NCBI GenBank assembly: GCA_030295235.1
Contig: AP026137.1
Location: 868,001-932,000, forward strand
Direction: 5' to 3'
DNA: 64,000 nt
From: Fistulifera solaris
Lineage: Eukaryota
The number at the start of each line of letters is the position of its first letter. Positions within the stretch are counted from its first letter, which is position 1. Below the pieces are notes generated by a model. The model had not been told where the DNA came from. It made no database searches and worked only from the letters and a program-made list of their open reading frames with translations. A program made the position numbers and the translations under genes. Shown here piece after piece: positions 36,172 to 48,891 of the stretch.

Positions 36172-38130
36172 ATCATTCCAGAATTTCTGGAATCGGTGCT
36201 TCTGGTCTTACAGAAATTCTGTGGATGGTCCAGAAATTCTGGAACATCGATGGACCATAGATATTTTGAGTCATTCAGTACCTTGTAATTTTGTGAACAA
36301 TCCAGAACTTCTTGAAAGGATCATCGGCGTTCCGGGTCAACAACTAAAATGTGGAATCGTTTTTGGGGTCGTATGGAGACTTTGTGCAATTTCCAGAAAT
36401 TCTGGAATCAGTGTTTAGAGTCTTTTCATCATACAGAAATTCCGTGGTGGTCCTGAAATCCTGGACCATCGTGTTTTGGGTCGTTCAGAAATTTTGAGCT
36501 CATTCCAGAAAATTTTGAATCGGTGTTTCGGGTCAATACAGTTAGACTATTCTTTATAAATTCCAGATAATCTGGAATCGTTTTTGGGGTCGTATGGAGA
36601 CTTTGTGCAATTTCCAGAAATTCTGGAATCAGTGTTTAGAGTCTTTTCATCATACAGAAATTCTGTGGTTGTCCTGAAATCCTGGACCATCGTGTTTTGG
36701 GTCGTTCAGAAATTTTGAGCTCATTCCAGAAAATTTTGAATCGGTGTTTCGGGTCAATACAGTTAGACTATTCTTTATTAGTTCCAGATAATCTGGAATC
36801 GTTTTTGGGGTCGTATGGAGACTTTGTGCAATTTCCAGAAATTCTGGAATCAGTGTTTAGAGTCTTTTCATCATACAGAAATTCCGTGGTGGTCCTGAAA
36901 TCCTGGACCATCGTGTTTTGGGTCGTTCAGAAATTTTGAGCTCATTCCAGAAAATTTTGAATCGGTGTTTCGGGTCAATACAGTTAGACTATTCTTTATA
37001 AGTTCCAGATAATCTGGAATCGTTTTTGGGGTCGTATGGAGACTTTGTGCATTTTCCAGAAATTCTGGAATCAGTGTTTAGAGTCTTTTCATCATACAGA
37101 AATTCTGTGGTTGTCCAGAAATTCTGGACCATCGTGTTTTGGGTCGTTCAGAAATTTTGAGCTCATTCCAGAAAATTTTGAATCGGTGTTTCGGGTCAAT
37201 ACAGTTAGACTATTCTTTATAAATTCCAGATAATCTGGAATCGTTTTTGGGGTCGTATGGAGACTTTGTGCAATTTCCAGAAATTCTGGAATCAGTGTTT
37301 AGAGTCTTTTCATCATACAGAAATTCTGTGGTTGTCCTGAAATCCTGGACCATCGTGTTTTGGGTCGTTCAGAAATTTTGAGCTCATTCCAGAAAATTTT
37401 GAATCGGTGTTTCGGGTCAATACAGTTAGACTATTCTTTATTAGTTCCAGATAATCTGGAATCGTTTTTGGGGTCGTATGGAGACTTTGTGCAATTTCCA
37501 GAAATTCTGGAATCAGTGTTTAGAGTCTTTTCATCATACAGAAATTCCGTGGTGGTCCTGAAATCCTGGACCATCGTGTTTTGGGTCGTTCAGAAATTTT
37601 GAGCTCATTCCAGAAAATTTTGAATCGGTGTTTCGGGTCAATACAGTTAGACTATTCTTTATAAGTTCCAGATAATCTGGAATCGTTTTTGGGGTCGTAT
37701 GGAGACTTTGTGCATTTTCCAGAAATTCTGGAATCAGTGTTTAGAGTCTTTTCATCATACAGAAATTCTGTGGTTGTCCTGAAATCCTGGACCATCGTGT
37801 TTGGGTCGTTCAGAAATGTTGAGCTCATTCCAGAAAATTTTGAATCGGTGTTTCGGGTTAATACAGTCATTCTTTATAAATTCCAGATAATCTGGAATCG
37901 TTTTTGGGGTCGTATGGAGACTTTGTGCAATTTCCAGAAATTCTGGAATCAGTGTTTAGAGTCTTTTCATCATACAGAAATTCTGTGGTTGTCCAGAAAT
38001 TCTGGACCATCGTGTTTTGGGTCGTTCAGAAATTTTGAGCTCATTCCAGAAAAGCTTGAATCGGTGTTTCGGGTCAATACAGTTAGACTATTCTTTATAA
38101 ATTCCAGAAAATCTGGAATCGTTTTTGGGG
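36172..38130. repeat. Family C satellite: ~8 homogeneous 221-bp monomers, each with four palindromic subunits; 663-bp higher-order repeat
   Basis: GGGGTCGTATGGAGAC recurs every 221 bp from ~36365; the ORFs at 36697 and 37360 are identical (offset 663). Confidence 0.97.
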
Positions 38131-38133
38131 GCA

Positions 38134-38165
38134 ACCGGAGACCGGAGACCGGAGACTGAGACTGT
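38134..38165. repeat. 7-bp minirepeat (ACCGGAG)3 at the right edge of the satellite
   Basis: accggagaccggagaccggagactgagactg. Confidence 0.8.
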
Positions 38166-38326
38166 ACAATTCCCAGAAACGCGTCGACTTCCTAGCCGGT
38201 ACGACATTTTCACGTTTCGCAAGATTCATTGAGGTTCGAGGGGTTCGAATTGGTTGACGTTATAACGAAACAAAAGCTGTCAAGAAAGTGACATAAAATC
38301 GAACAGAAAGTCATTCAACATGAAAT

Positions 38327-40147
38327 ATGGGCCAGCAACACAGCCGCAGAAGCCGATCATTATCTGGGTCACAGCGTAGCCGTTTGGGGAGTTCTGAACG
38401 AAGTCGCGAAAGAGGAGGACTGTCACGCACCAAATCCGTTCATGAAAATCTCGTTCGAGAGCGCGGCAAGAAAGTCTTGATCGAAGATGTCTACGAAGTC
38501 GTCGGAAAAATAGGTCATGGGGCGTTGTGTGAGATATACAAGTTACAGAAGAATAAGGACAAAATAGGAGGGAGTTCTCGACCCGAGCTTCAGCGTAAAA
38601 AGGTTCTTGATTTCGGGCGTTTTCTGAGTTACAACGATACAATGAAATTAAGAAAGGAGGAGTCCTTCCAGCTGAATCCTCTATACTTCGCTCTCAAAGT
38701 TATCAATTTGAAAAAGGTGAAGGAAGATAAGATCGATCAGCTCAAGAATGAAATAGAGTGCGTACAAACATCTTCGCAAATCATCTTTTTGCAGCTTGTC
38801 TCGCTCACCTTCCGCGTGAATTTCAGACTTCTACGAACAATGGATCACATGAATATTATCAAAGCATACGAAACATTCCAGGATAAAGCGAGCAAGAAGC
38901 TAATGATTGTAATGGAACTTTGTACCGGCGGGGATCTATACGAACGGCTACCGTACTCGGAAGAACAAGCGGCAACCATCGCGAAACAAATCTTGAGCGC
39001 AGTGTCGTATATGCACCAACGGAATATCATACATCGTGACATTAAAATGGAGAACGTCATCTATGAAAGTAAACAACCGGATGCTCTCATAAAACTGATC
39101 GATTTTGGCTTGTCGAAAGAATAGTAAGTACACGAGCTCAAGAACTTAATTGGTTCCCTTATTCTAATGGCGTTTCAATCCTCCGCAGCGACTCGTCGCA
39201 GAAAGATCTATTTTCAGAACGAGTTGGAACCCTTTACAGCATGAGTCCAGAGACAATGAAGGGAGCCTACGATGAAAAAGCGGACTTATGGTCGATTGGT
39301 GTTTGCATTTACATACTTCTGGCGGCGGGACATAAGCCTTTTGATGGAAAAGATCCAAAAGAACTGGTGCAAAAAGTGCTAAAAGCAGATTATAATTTCG
39401 AATCTCCTGAATCCTGGAATTCAATATCATTGATGGCAAAAACATTCATCAACTCACTGTTAGTAGTCGATCCAGCGAAGAGACCTTCCGCTAAGAAAGC
39501 ATGTAACCATGAGTGGATAAGAAGTTTCGCTGTCGTAGAGCATGCTTCAGACGATTTGAAAAGATCTGTCCGGAAAGCCCTGATCCGCTATGCTAATTTT
39601 GGGTCCTTTCGAAGACTCGCACTGAATGTGATAGCGAAACGATCCACTTCTGATGAAATTTTCCACCTTCGTAAAGTGTTTCAAGAGTTCGACATGCTGA
39701 ACACCGGTACTCTTACGCTACGTGTGTTTGAAGGAGCATTATTGTCCTTGAATGTCAGCAGTGAGGAAATTGCCAAAATATTCAAGTCCTTGGATGTGAA
39801 CCGTAACGATGCTGTAAACTTTACAGAATTCCTGGCAGCATGCCTTGAAGCTCAAGGTGACTTGGCAGAATACCGAATAGCTGAAGCTTTCGACTTGTTG
39901 GATTTTGACGACACCGGCTACATCACCCGTGACAACCTTCGCAAGCTACTGGGAGGCTACTCGTCTGAAAATTACATTGATCGGTTACTTGCGGAAGCCG
40001 GTAGCAATGGCAAAATTTCATAGTAAGTCAAATGAGCTAAAACTCTTGTGCTGCTTTTCTACATCATCTCACCTCTGAAGCACTAATTGATTCAGCAAAG
40101 ATTTTCTCAACGTGTTTGCCGATCAAATGCCTCGAAGACGGTCGTAA
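38327..40147 (+). CDS. Calcium-dependent protein kinase (kinase plus EF-hands), possibly N-myristoylated; about 3 introns
   Basis: MGQQHS start; HRDIKMEN; DFG; MSPE; EF-hand loops DVNRNDAVNFTE and DFDDTGYIT. Confidence 0.92.
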
Positions 40148-40482
40148 GGGAATTGACATCGATAGCAGCGTTAGGATAAGCGATTACACGAAATGGCTGC
40201 ATTCATCTGCGCGGTGATAGCCAACAATGAACAGCGGCACTAGAGTTCAGCCTGGTGACCGCGTTCAAGATACCTGATAAAAACAACAGCGCATCTAACG
40301 CGCGATATCTCGGCGTAATAAACGAGACCGTTGCTCGAGACATTCAGAACACACAAATCATTACTTTGACATGCAGCAGCAAACTAACTTTGCGAACAAA
40401 TACCAGACCATGTATGTAAGCCATACACAATTTAGCCGTTGTAGAACTATATTTATGGCCATAACACATACCACGGACGTCA

Positions 40483-42286
40483 CTATCTCGTTTTAGATGA
40501 ATGAATCGATCCTCCATCTAAAGCTACTTTTTCAACAGCCAAATGCATTTGGTTTCGAAACGCTTCCAAAAATTCTTTGTAGGATATCTTTCCATCTTTG
40601 TCAATGTCAGCGCTTGTCATCATCTCATCTACTTGCTCTTTTGTACACTGATCCCCCAAAAGTCTCTTAAATTCTGGCGACTGATGTAGCCAGAATCGTC
40701 GGCGTCGATGCGATCAAAGGCTTCCGCAATGTGATCTTCGCCGATGTGGCCGTGCGCCTCAATAGTCGCCGCCAAAAACTAGGCGGCATCAGTGACCTTC
40801 ATTTGTATTACCAAACATCAACACAGCTTATCGTTGACTCACCTCTGTCCACATGATATGTCCATTCTGGTTGAAATCAACACTATCAAAAATTTCCGTC
40901 AACGTATCTTCGGGATAATTCATCTTTTCCAAGGCTTGCCGAAATTCGTCGAATGAAAGGACGCCATCCTGAGTTTTGTCGAACTCCTGAAAAATGCTAC
41001 GTAGCTTTTGCATCTCAGCAGTGGTGGAGCGATGCGCAATAACCGTGAGGGCTAATTTCTTCAATCGTGAAGTGTGACGGTAATTGAGTAGACTTCCATC
41101 CACCTTGGAAAGCACCTCCTCCGACGGCACTTCATCGTGCAAACGTTCTCTATTGACAATCCACTTATGACCAAGCGCTTGTGCCGCATCCAGTCTTTCT
41201 TTGGGATCCACAACAAGGAGTTTGCTGATGAAATCTTTAGCATCCTCGGAAACGTTACTCCACACCGGCGACTCGAAACTATACTTGCAGCGCATGATCT
41301 GATCAATCAAGACGCTTCTTCGCTTATCGTAAAAGGGCTTTACGGAAGAGCACAGCATGAAGGCAATAACACCCACACCCCAAAGATCCGCTTCCGCCGA
41401 ATAGTTTCCTAGAAGGACTTGCGGCGACATGGTGTAAATCGTTCCAACGCGCTCCGTCATGGTCCCCGTTTTGCCGATGAACTTTTTCGACAAGCCAAAG
41501 TCGATGATTTTTATTGCCGCATCTTGTGCAGTGCTTTCAAACATGATATTTTCATACTTTGAGGGTGGCGGATTCCAGCTTTTCGTGAGTGCTAATTGGA
41601 TAAAAAAGACGTTGCTGCAAGCTCTTACTCACCTTGAGATCTCTGTGAACAACCCCATGATCGTGCATGTAACGAATGGCTTGTAATATGCTGGCTGCAA
41701 GATGAGCGAAAAGCAGTTTGAGACAATCCTCAGTTATCAATCAACCATTTGAAAAAAAAGCACTTACTCGCAATCCGTCCAGCTTGCTTTTCTGTGTACG
41801 GAGACCGCGTGTAAAGATCACCCCAGCGCATAAATCCATAACCAGATAAATCTGCTTTTTCTGCGTATACACTTCATGAGGACGAACGATGTTCGGATGA
41901 TCAAGGTTGCGAAGAATATCAATTTCATTTTTGAGCTCTTCAATGAAAGCGGGAGAAATGCGATCTAACATAATCCGTTTCATTCCGTAGAGAAAGTCGT
42001 CTGTATGTTCGGAGACATGTTGTGGTTGTACTGAATGCTTGTCATGCTTCAGAAAGCGAAACAATTTCATCAACCCCTTGTGCTTCCTCGGTCGAAACGC
42101 AGAACCACCAACTTGGCTTTTCCGAATTTGAACTTTAAAGACTGCGCCCATGGATCCTTCCCCCAGCACTTGAACTACCTCATACTTGCGGAAGGGATCG
42201 TCGTTATCGATCTCTCGCAAAATGTTAGAGTGGATTGACGTTGAGTTCTCGCTGTTCGTCGGTGAGTGCCGGGACGACGACAGCAT
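40483..42286 (-). CDS. Calcium-dependent protein kinase, convergent paralogue; about 3 introns; true start uncertain
   Basis: LGEGSMG; HRDLK; IIDFGLSK; VGTIYTMSP; EF-hands DKTQDGVLSFDE and DFNQNGHI. Confidence 0.9.
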
Positions 42287-42748
42287 GCTTTGTGTCTTTT
42301 GAAATAGAATGGTTGCAGTGACTTTAAAATATGGAAACGCAACCCGACTCGCACAATGCGGTCTTCTTCTCTTTCTCTGACGCCCTTTTGAGCCTTCCTT
42401 GACACTTCGACGAAATTATTTAGTTTACAAGGTACCGTTTTTCAACGAATTGAGGCGAATCTTGAAGAGATTCTGCTCTTTCATGATGATGGTTCGTGAA
42501 GAGTAAAAACGGTAAACGGCGTAGCCTACTGTTCTGTACAATTGAGCGGATACTGTATCTTAGGACAAAAGCTTGCCTTTGGCCACGTCATGTTTACGTC
42601 AGCAAATTAAATCAGTACAAGTATCGGTTGGGTTTCAGCCAACAAAAACTACGATCATCAAAAGAGCAGCTGAAACCTAGCATCCATAGCTATCTCAAAG
42701 GAATTCCACGAAGGGACAGTTAGCTCATCGAATAGTTATGCTATTACA

Positions 42749-44698
42749 TTACTTCAGCTTCTGCTGCTTTTTCCATCGCTTTATTTGCTTTGGGGTCATT
42801 CCCGACAAATCGACATCGCTCTCTGCGACTAGATCGCAAGGAGCCATGAGCTTAATCTGACTTCTTGCGAGTCCAGTTTCACGATCACCATCAAAAAATT
42901 CTACATCATACGTCCCTCCAGATGCCCTTATGACTCGTGCAGGAAAGAACGCCCCACCGAGATCTGCTTCTACTTGCTGCCCCACTTTGACAGGCATTGT
43001 GAAAGCCCAATCATCAGGCAAGGTTGACACAGCTCCAGACCAAACAGTAGAACTTCCGGAAAGAGACCACTTTTTCAGCGCTTGCTTGCTTGCATTCACT
43101 TTGTCATAGTAACGTTTCACTCGAAAGAGACTCAGACGCTGCATGCGTTGCGGGGTCATTACTCTACGCGGAGAAGCATCCAAATGCGCTGTCATGGCCT
43201 CTTCGGCGTCGCGAGTTCTCCCCTCCTCAATCGCCGCCAGGTACATATCGCGATGTATTTCGAACAACTCAACTCCTTGTTGACGAACCCGTTCTAGTGT
43301 CTCTTTCCATATTATAGGATCAACGGCATTTGCTGTGTTCTCGTCAACCTCCCTGCTTATGCGCTCTAGTTCAGCCGTTGCTTGATCGAGTAGAGGAGAA
43401 GCTTTTTCGTCGTCATCGAGAAGCCCCAGAGGTAGCTCTGCCAACAAATCTTTCAAAATCGTTTGCGGAAGCTCGTTTACTTTTCCAACGTAAGGGTTTT
43501 CTCCATCTTTAGTTTGGCCCAGATAAGTATCGGTCACACCAGCTCGCCGCAATGCCAACCTCCGCGCCGAAAGGTAATCGAGCTCCCAAATATGGTGGTC
43601 GATACCGAATGTCAAATGAACGCTTGTTTCTGTAACAGTTTCATCTAACGTACTGGTTGTATGCGGAAAAGCTGCTGGCATGAACAATACATCTCCTGGG
43701 TTTGTGATCGTGTCAATCAGTAGCTCTGTATCCTTTTCCAAAGCATACAACGGCATCATGTCATCAATTTTTCCACGGGCAAACATATCGGCGAGCGGTT
43801 TCTTAGATGGATTTGGAGGCGCGTATACTTTCCATCGCTTTCGTCCAGCTGTTTGCACAACAACAACATCCTTCAAATAGCACAACCATGAGGCTCCTGA
43901 AAGCAATTATGTAAACTGCATCACTCCAAATCAATCTTACCTGTTTGTCTGTATGCGGAGGTGCACTAACTGGCTTAGATTGAGCTGTCACATATAGGTT
44001 TATGGCGCACTGGAAAAAGGGCACGAAATGGTGAGTTCTACATCCGTCTAAACAGTGCCGTAATCAACGTGACCGCGTACCGGAAGTGATGTAGCATCTG
44101 TGCACGCCAATGAAGGTCCAGCTAGCTTCGGAATATGGGCCCCTGCTGCATTCATAATGACTGTTCCCTTTTCCAAAGCAGCCTGCACATCTGCGAAAGT
44201 CATTCGCGCTTCTTCAAAGGAATCTCCTCTCGGATTACTGACGCCACTGATCTTCCATCCTTTATTTGCATCTGTGGAGCCTCGTGCTGCATCCAAAAAA
44301 TCATCGAGAACTGCCTTTTGCAGATCTTTCATTGTGAAGAATCCATCCCATTTTGTTGACATGATAGCTTCAATCTCATCTCGACGCAAAACAAACGGCG
44401 TTCCATGGAGGCCAAGTTTGCATTGGCTACGAATAGCACTAAATAGAGCATAGATACCAGCTTCTGGAGCAGACAGACCGAAAGACTGAGCGTACTGTTC
44501 AGCTTCTTCTCGGCATTCAGCCATTTTATCGAGAACTTTTTGTGCATAAGGTGAAGATGATGTTGTCAGCAGTTCCGTAGAGGGTGTCGCATACAGCAAT
44601 ATTCCAGAGCTCTTCGCCGTTGCGAATGAGCGGCGAGTGACGGCAAACGCATTTAAGCGCTCGGCGAAGAGTAAACAGAGAAGAAAAGCTTGGAACAT
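42749..44698 (-). CDS. JmjC/cupin 2OG oxygenase (ROX-like) with a C-terminal Tudor-like domain; signal peptide; 2 introns
   Basis: NLYVT..SAPPHTDKQ|DVVVVQTAGRKRW; PGDVLFMPAAFPH; VGQQVEA..FFPARV..YDVEFFDGDRE; N-terminal LNA-F. Confidence 0.82.
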
Positions 44699-44827
44699 TG
44701 CGCAAGATGTTTGTAAGCGATGAAAAGTTTTGATGGCAGGTGTCGTTTGGTTTCGTTTGAATGAAATAATGCGATCGAACAAATGTACACGTCGTCCGTG
44801 CGTCACTCGTACGCTAAATCCAGACTC

Positions 44828-45125
44828 ATTATCCGTGTTCCCCCCTGTCGATAAATTTCCCTACTGGGGGTACGTGAAAACTCCGTAGACTTTCGAAGCG
44901 TTGCATCTTCACATTTTTTAAAGCATGTAATGAAATAAATGGTGATTATTGCTTACAAGTAATTGTTACTTATGTCGGGGCAAGTAAAAAAGTCCTTGAT
45001 GCATATTTGGCTCGAAAAAGCGAGACGGCAAAATACACGATGTCCGTGTACATCTACATCGTTCCTACTCGTATGGAGGCTACGTAACAACACGTAGACT
45101 AGACTTTCAAATCATTGCATCACTC
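44828..45125 (-). repeat. Family A, two cores in reverse orientation
   Basis: ATCCG..CCCCTGTCGATAAATTTCCCTAC..TACGTG..CGTAGAC at ~44831; a degenerate core at ~45045-45100. Confidence 0.8.
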
Positions 45126-45232
45126 CTGATTGCTACGTTTCCAGTGAAAATCGAACCGAATTATCGCTTGTGGATTTGCATAGCCTATGCTGGGGGAAGT
45201 AAAATTGACTTATTTACTGCGGACCTTACCCA

Positions 45233-46075
45233 AAAGGAAATGCTGTCGTGGTTCCCGTAAACCAACACTTTGGCCTACAGTAAAAAATGCGAGATGCGAA
45301 CCGCAAGCATCTAGACCCAGTGAACACGAACTCTGCATTGCAAATGCTTTTCTACATTTTAATGAAAATTCAATGAGCCCTACGAAGCTAAAAAGAAGGA
45401 CGAAATTCGTGCAAATGGGCTTTCGTGTAGATTTTAGAACAATGTTCATGACTGAAATGATGCTGTCGTGGTTCCCGTAAACCAACACTTTGGCCTACAG
45501 TAAAAAAATGCGAGAAGCGAACCGCAAGCATCTAGACCCAGTGAATACGAACTCTGCATTGCAAATGCTTTTCTACATTTTAATGAAACTTCAATGAGCC
45601 CTACGAAGCTAAAAAGAAGGACGAAATTCGTGCAAATAGGCTTTCGTGTAGATTTTAGAATAATGTTCATGACTGAAATGATGCTGTCGTGGTTCCCGTA
45701 AACCAACACTTTGGCCTACAGTAAAAAAATGCGAGAAGCGACCAGCATGCATCTAGAACGAGTGAATACGAACTCTGCATTGCAAATGCTTTTCTACATT
45801 TTAATGAAACTTCAATGAGCCCTACGAAGCTAAAAAGAAGGATGAAATTCGTGCAAATGGGCTTTCGTGTAGATTTTAGAATAATGTTCATGACTGAAAT
45901 GATGCTGTCGTGGTTCCCGTAAACCAACACTTTGGCCTACAGTAAAAAATGCGAGAAGCGAACCGCATGCATCTAGAACGAGTGAATACGAACTCTGCAT
46001 TGCAAATGCTTTTCTACATTTAAATGAAACTTCAATGAGCCCTACGAAGCTAAAAAGAAGGACGAAATCCGTGCG
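45233..46075. repeat. Family B-related homogeneous tandem repeat, ~4 x 221 bp
   Basis: TGCTGTCGTGGTTCCCGTAAACCAACACTTTGG recurs; the spurious ORFs at 45446 and 45667 are offset by 221. Confidence 0.95.
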
Positions 46076-46281
46076 CAGGGACTCTTATTGTTGTTTTTTC
46101 GCTTGACAAAGCCTTGCCGGTGGTATCTTTCGTTATTTTTCCGTATTGATGTCAATTTAATGTCACTTGTCGTTTCATGGCACTTAGTTTACATGTCGGA
46201 AATAGCGACGATGGCATTGGTGCGCACTAGACCCATGTGAGTAACTTATGGTAAACCCATGCTAGACCGGAAAAAATGCTA

Positions 46282-46355
46282 CATTCCGGTTTACCCTCTC
46301 CGCGTAGATAAAATTTCCCTACTGTACGAGGGCTACGTGAAACTGCGTAGAACTC
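46282..46355 (-). repeat. Solo family A core, reverse orientation
   Basis: TCCGG..CCCTC..GATAAAATTTCCCTAC..CGAGGGCTACGTG..GCGTAG. Confidence 0.75.
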
Positions 46356-46459
46356 AAAAATGCGTACGTCATCCACGACACTTGCACGACACAGAAAGAC
46401 GTCACTATAAGGACGTCTTTTCCACTTGAATTTTCTTGTTGTTATCATTATTCATCACC

Positions 46460-47536
46460 ATGATAAAATACACTCTGGCGTTTCTTCTGGCAGCAGCAAG
46501 CTGCATCCCCACAGCAGTCGCATACAATGTGCTCATTATCGGGGGCACTCGCTTTTCGGGAGCGGCGTTGTGGAAAGAATTGCACGACCGCGGTCACTCC
46601 GTCACCGTCTACAATCGCGGAAAAACAATGCCCAAAGTCGTCGCTCCTCATCGAGAAACCGAAGATGAGTTAAGTGCCCGTGTAGCTGCTGCTACATTTC
46701 TAGCGGGTGACCGCGCCGATGCGGACGCTGTCTCGTCTCTTGTAAATCCGTCCGACTATGATTATGTCTTCGACATGAATGCTCGTGAACGATCCGATGT
46801 AGATCCATGGGTCAATGTTTTCAAACAGAGCAGTGGCAACCGTTTGAAGCAGTACGTGTTCATGAGTTCGGCGGGAGTGTACTTGAAAAGCGACGAATTA
46901 CCTCATATGGAGAGAGACCCTACTGACCCGAAGAGTCGCCACAAAGGAAAACTCGACAGCGAGGATCTATTGCAAAAATCTGGATTACCGTGGTGTTCTT
47001 TCCGTCCAACTTATATCTGCGGGCCTGGAAACTACAATCCTGTCGAGCGATACTTTTTCGAGCGCGTGGATTGCAATCGTCCGGTCTGTATCCCGGGGCA
47101 CGGTCAGCACTTGACCGGCTTGGGACATGTCTACGATCTTGCCGTCGCCATGGCCAACGTCATTGATCGCACCGACAAAACGACGGGAAAGGTTTACAAC
47201 GTTCAAAACATCCAAGCTATTACTTTTGATGGTGTTGCCAAGGCTGCCGCCAAGGTATCTGGGAAAGGTTCTGTCAAGATTGTTCATTATGAACCTAAGG
47301 AAATTGATTTCGGTGACAAGAAAGCTTTCCCCATGCGCCCTCAACATTTCTTCACGAGTCCGCTAGAGGCAATGAAGGATCTTGATTGGACACCGAAGTA
47401 CGATACGGTTGAGTCTATTATGCGAGACGCGTACGAGAATGATTTTGTCCACGTGAAGGCAGCTGGAAAACTCAAGGGCGACTTTAGCTGTGATGAATTA
47501 GTCCTACAACACGTAGGAAAAGCAGTCGTTGCTTAG
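46460..47536 (+). CDS. CSP41B: Chloroplast stem-loop-binding protein CSP41b-like (SDR fold), plastid-targeted
   Basis: Signal peptide ending AVA-Y; GGTRFSG; SSAGVYLKSD; DPKSRHKGKL; QHLTGLGHVYDLA; KKAFPMRPQHFF. Confidence 0.9.
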   Translation: MIKYTLAFLLAAASCIPTAVAYNVLIIGGTRFSGAALWKELHDRGHSVTVYNRGKTMPKVVAPHRETEDELSARVAAATFLAGDRADADAVSSLVNPSDYDYVFDMNARERSDVDPWVNVFKQSSGNRLKQYVFMSSAGVYLKSDELPHMERDPTDPKSRHKGKLDSEDLLQKSGLPWCSFRPTYICGPGNYNPVERYFFERVDCNRPVCIPGHGQHLTGLGHVYDLAVAMANVIDRTDKTTGKVYNVQNIQAITFDGVAKAAAKVSGKGSVKIVHYEPKEIDFGDKKAFPMRPQHFFTSPLEAMKDLDWTPKYDTVESIMRDAYENDFVHVKAAGKLKGDFSCDELVLQHVGKAVVA

Positions 47537-48891
47537 GCTCCAAGAGTTTGCATGATTCTTACTAAATAAAGTGCATTCATCGATCATGAGCTCGACCTAT
47601 TGAAATTTCCTGTTAACTAACTCATTCTTAGACGTACTCTCCAGTTAATATGGTTTGGTTGTGGTTCCCAACAACCTATACATAGATTCTTTAACTTTCT
47701 GTGCATGTCTTCAACGAGCAGCAACAGCAAAAACATTTTCTTCCATTCCATGAAACGCAGGTTGTCTGCGACTGAATGAAATAGCTTACCTGGTAAACAA
47801 GACAGCACATCGAAATGGCGTATGGTGACATCAACTGCACACACAAGAGGCTCATACGATTCTTCCCGTAGACCCTTGATTTATTTTTGTTACGATTGCC
47901 GAAGATCACTTTTGCGCTACATAAGTTGGCATCAACTATTCATTCATTCATTCGTTCATCGTAAACGACAGCCCCCGCTAAGGATTCTTCAAGCGAAAGC
48001 AACGAATGGATATTTTTGTTTGCACTTTGACTTCCACAACAGTCGTCCTGAACGAACCCATCTTGTTGTGGTGATGCACTGTTTTGCATCATCTTGACTG
48101 CCAGCATTGTGTAAATGAACCACCGCAGTAAGACACGTATCATTGCTTTGCCGCCCTATTGCTGCTTGATCCAATAGAGCATTTCCTTATCCGCACCCAT
48201 GAGATTGAAAAAATGAGGTCGTAACTCCTTCACAAGCAGAGGTGCGCAGGAGAAATCATCACAAACGAAACGCAAACAACTTTCCCTCCGCATACAAACA
48301 CTCTCAGCTATTGGAATTGCAGTGATCTGAAGCGACAAGCTACATGAATAGACGTTATCGTGACAACAAACGCAACCCCAGATGAGAAAAAAATACCGTC
48401 GATAAAAAAACGTGAAACGAAAATCAAGACTACATGCCAACAGCGAGAAAGAGAAAGGCCGAACAAAAAGAGCATGAGTTTTTCATTTATAGCCCCTCCA
48501 AACAAGTACCCCCTACACTTTAACTGATAATCATTGGGCTTAACGTGTCACGCACCGAACAAATACTTAGTACATTTCAATGGAGCCTTTTTCTCGCTCC
48601 CACATTCAAGGTGCGCAAGGGCCTAAGTACTTCTCAAGAACGGTTAAGACTATCGGCTCAGATGTAGTACGTCAAGATCGTTTGATCGTAATTTTTCGTT
48701 CTGTTAATGACTGGACGTAAAAAAATGCCGCGTTGCCGCGTTCGAAAAAGGCCCCGCACGCCATTCGCAACCCAGTGAAAGCAAAAACAACGGAACGAGC
48801 AACGTTAATCCACTTCAATTGCAAAGAGACTCTGTGTGTATCTAATAGCATCCTCACGATTCATTCAAATCATTCATAGTAAACAATCGCC

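Noticed and set aside
36172..38130. Satellite as an array of canonical heat-shock elements
   Set aside because: The central GAA-TTC spacing is 1 bp rather than 2 in the main dyad, so it is not a perfect three-unit HSE; kept only as a possibility.
36221..38159. Repeated short ORFs in the satellite, and similar ones at 22.5, 45.2 and 55 kb
   Set aside because: By-products of tandem repetition; unit lengths such as 221 are not multiples of three, so frames are not preserved.
47540..48880. Short ORFs in the long intergenic regions here and at 57950-58300
   Set aside because: No motifs, coding-like composition or recognisable RNA gene.
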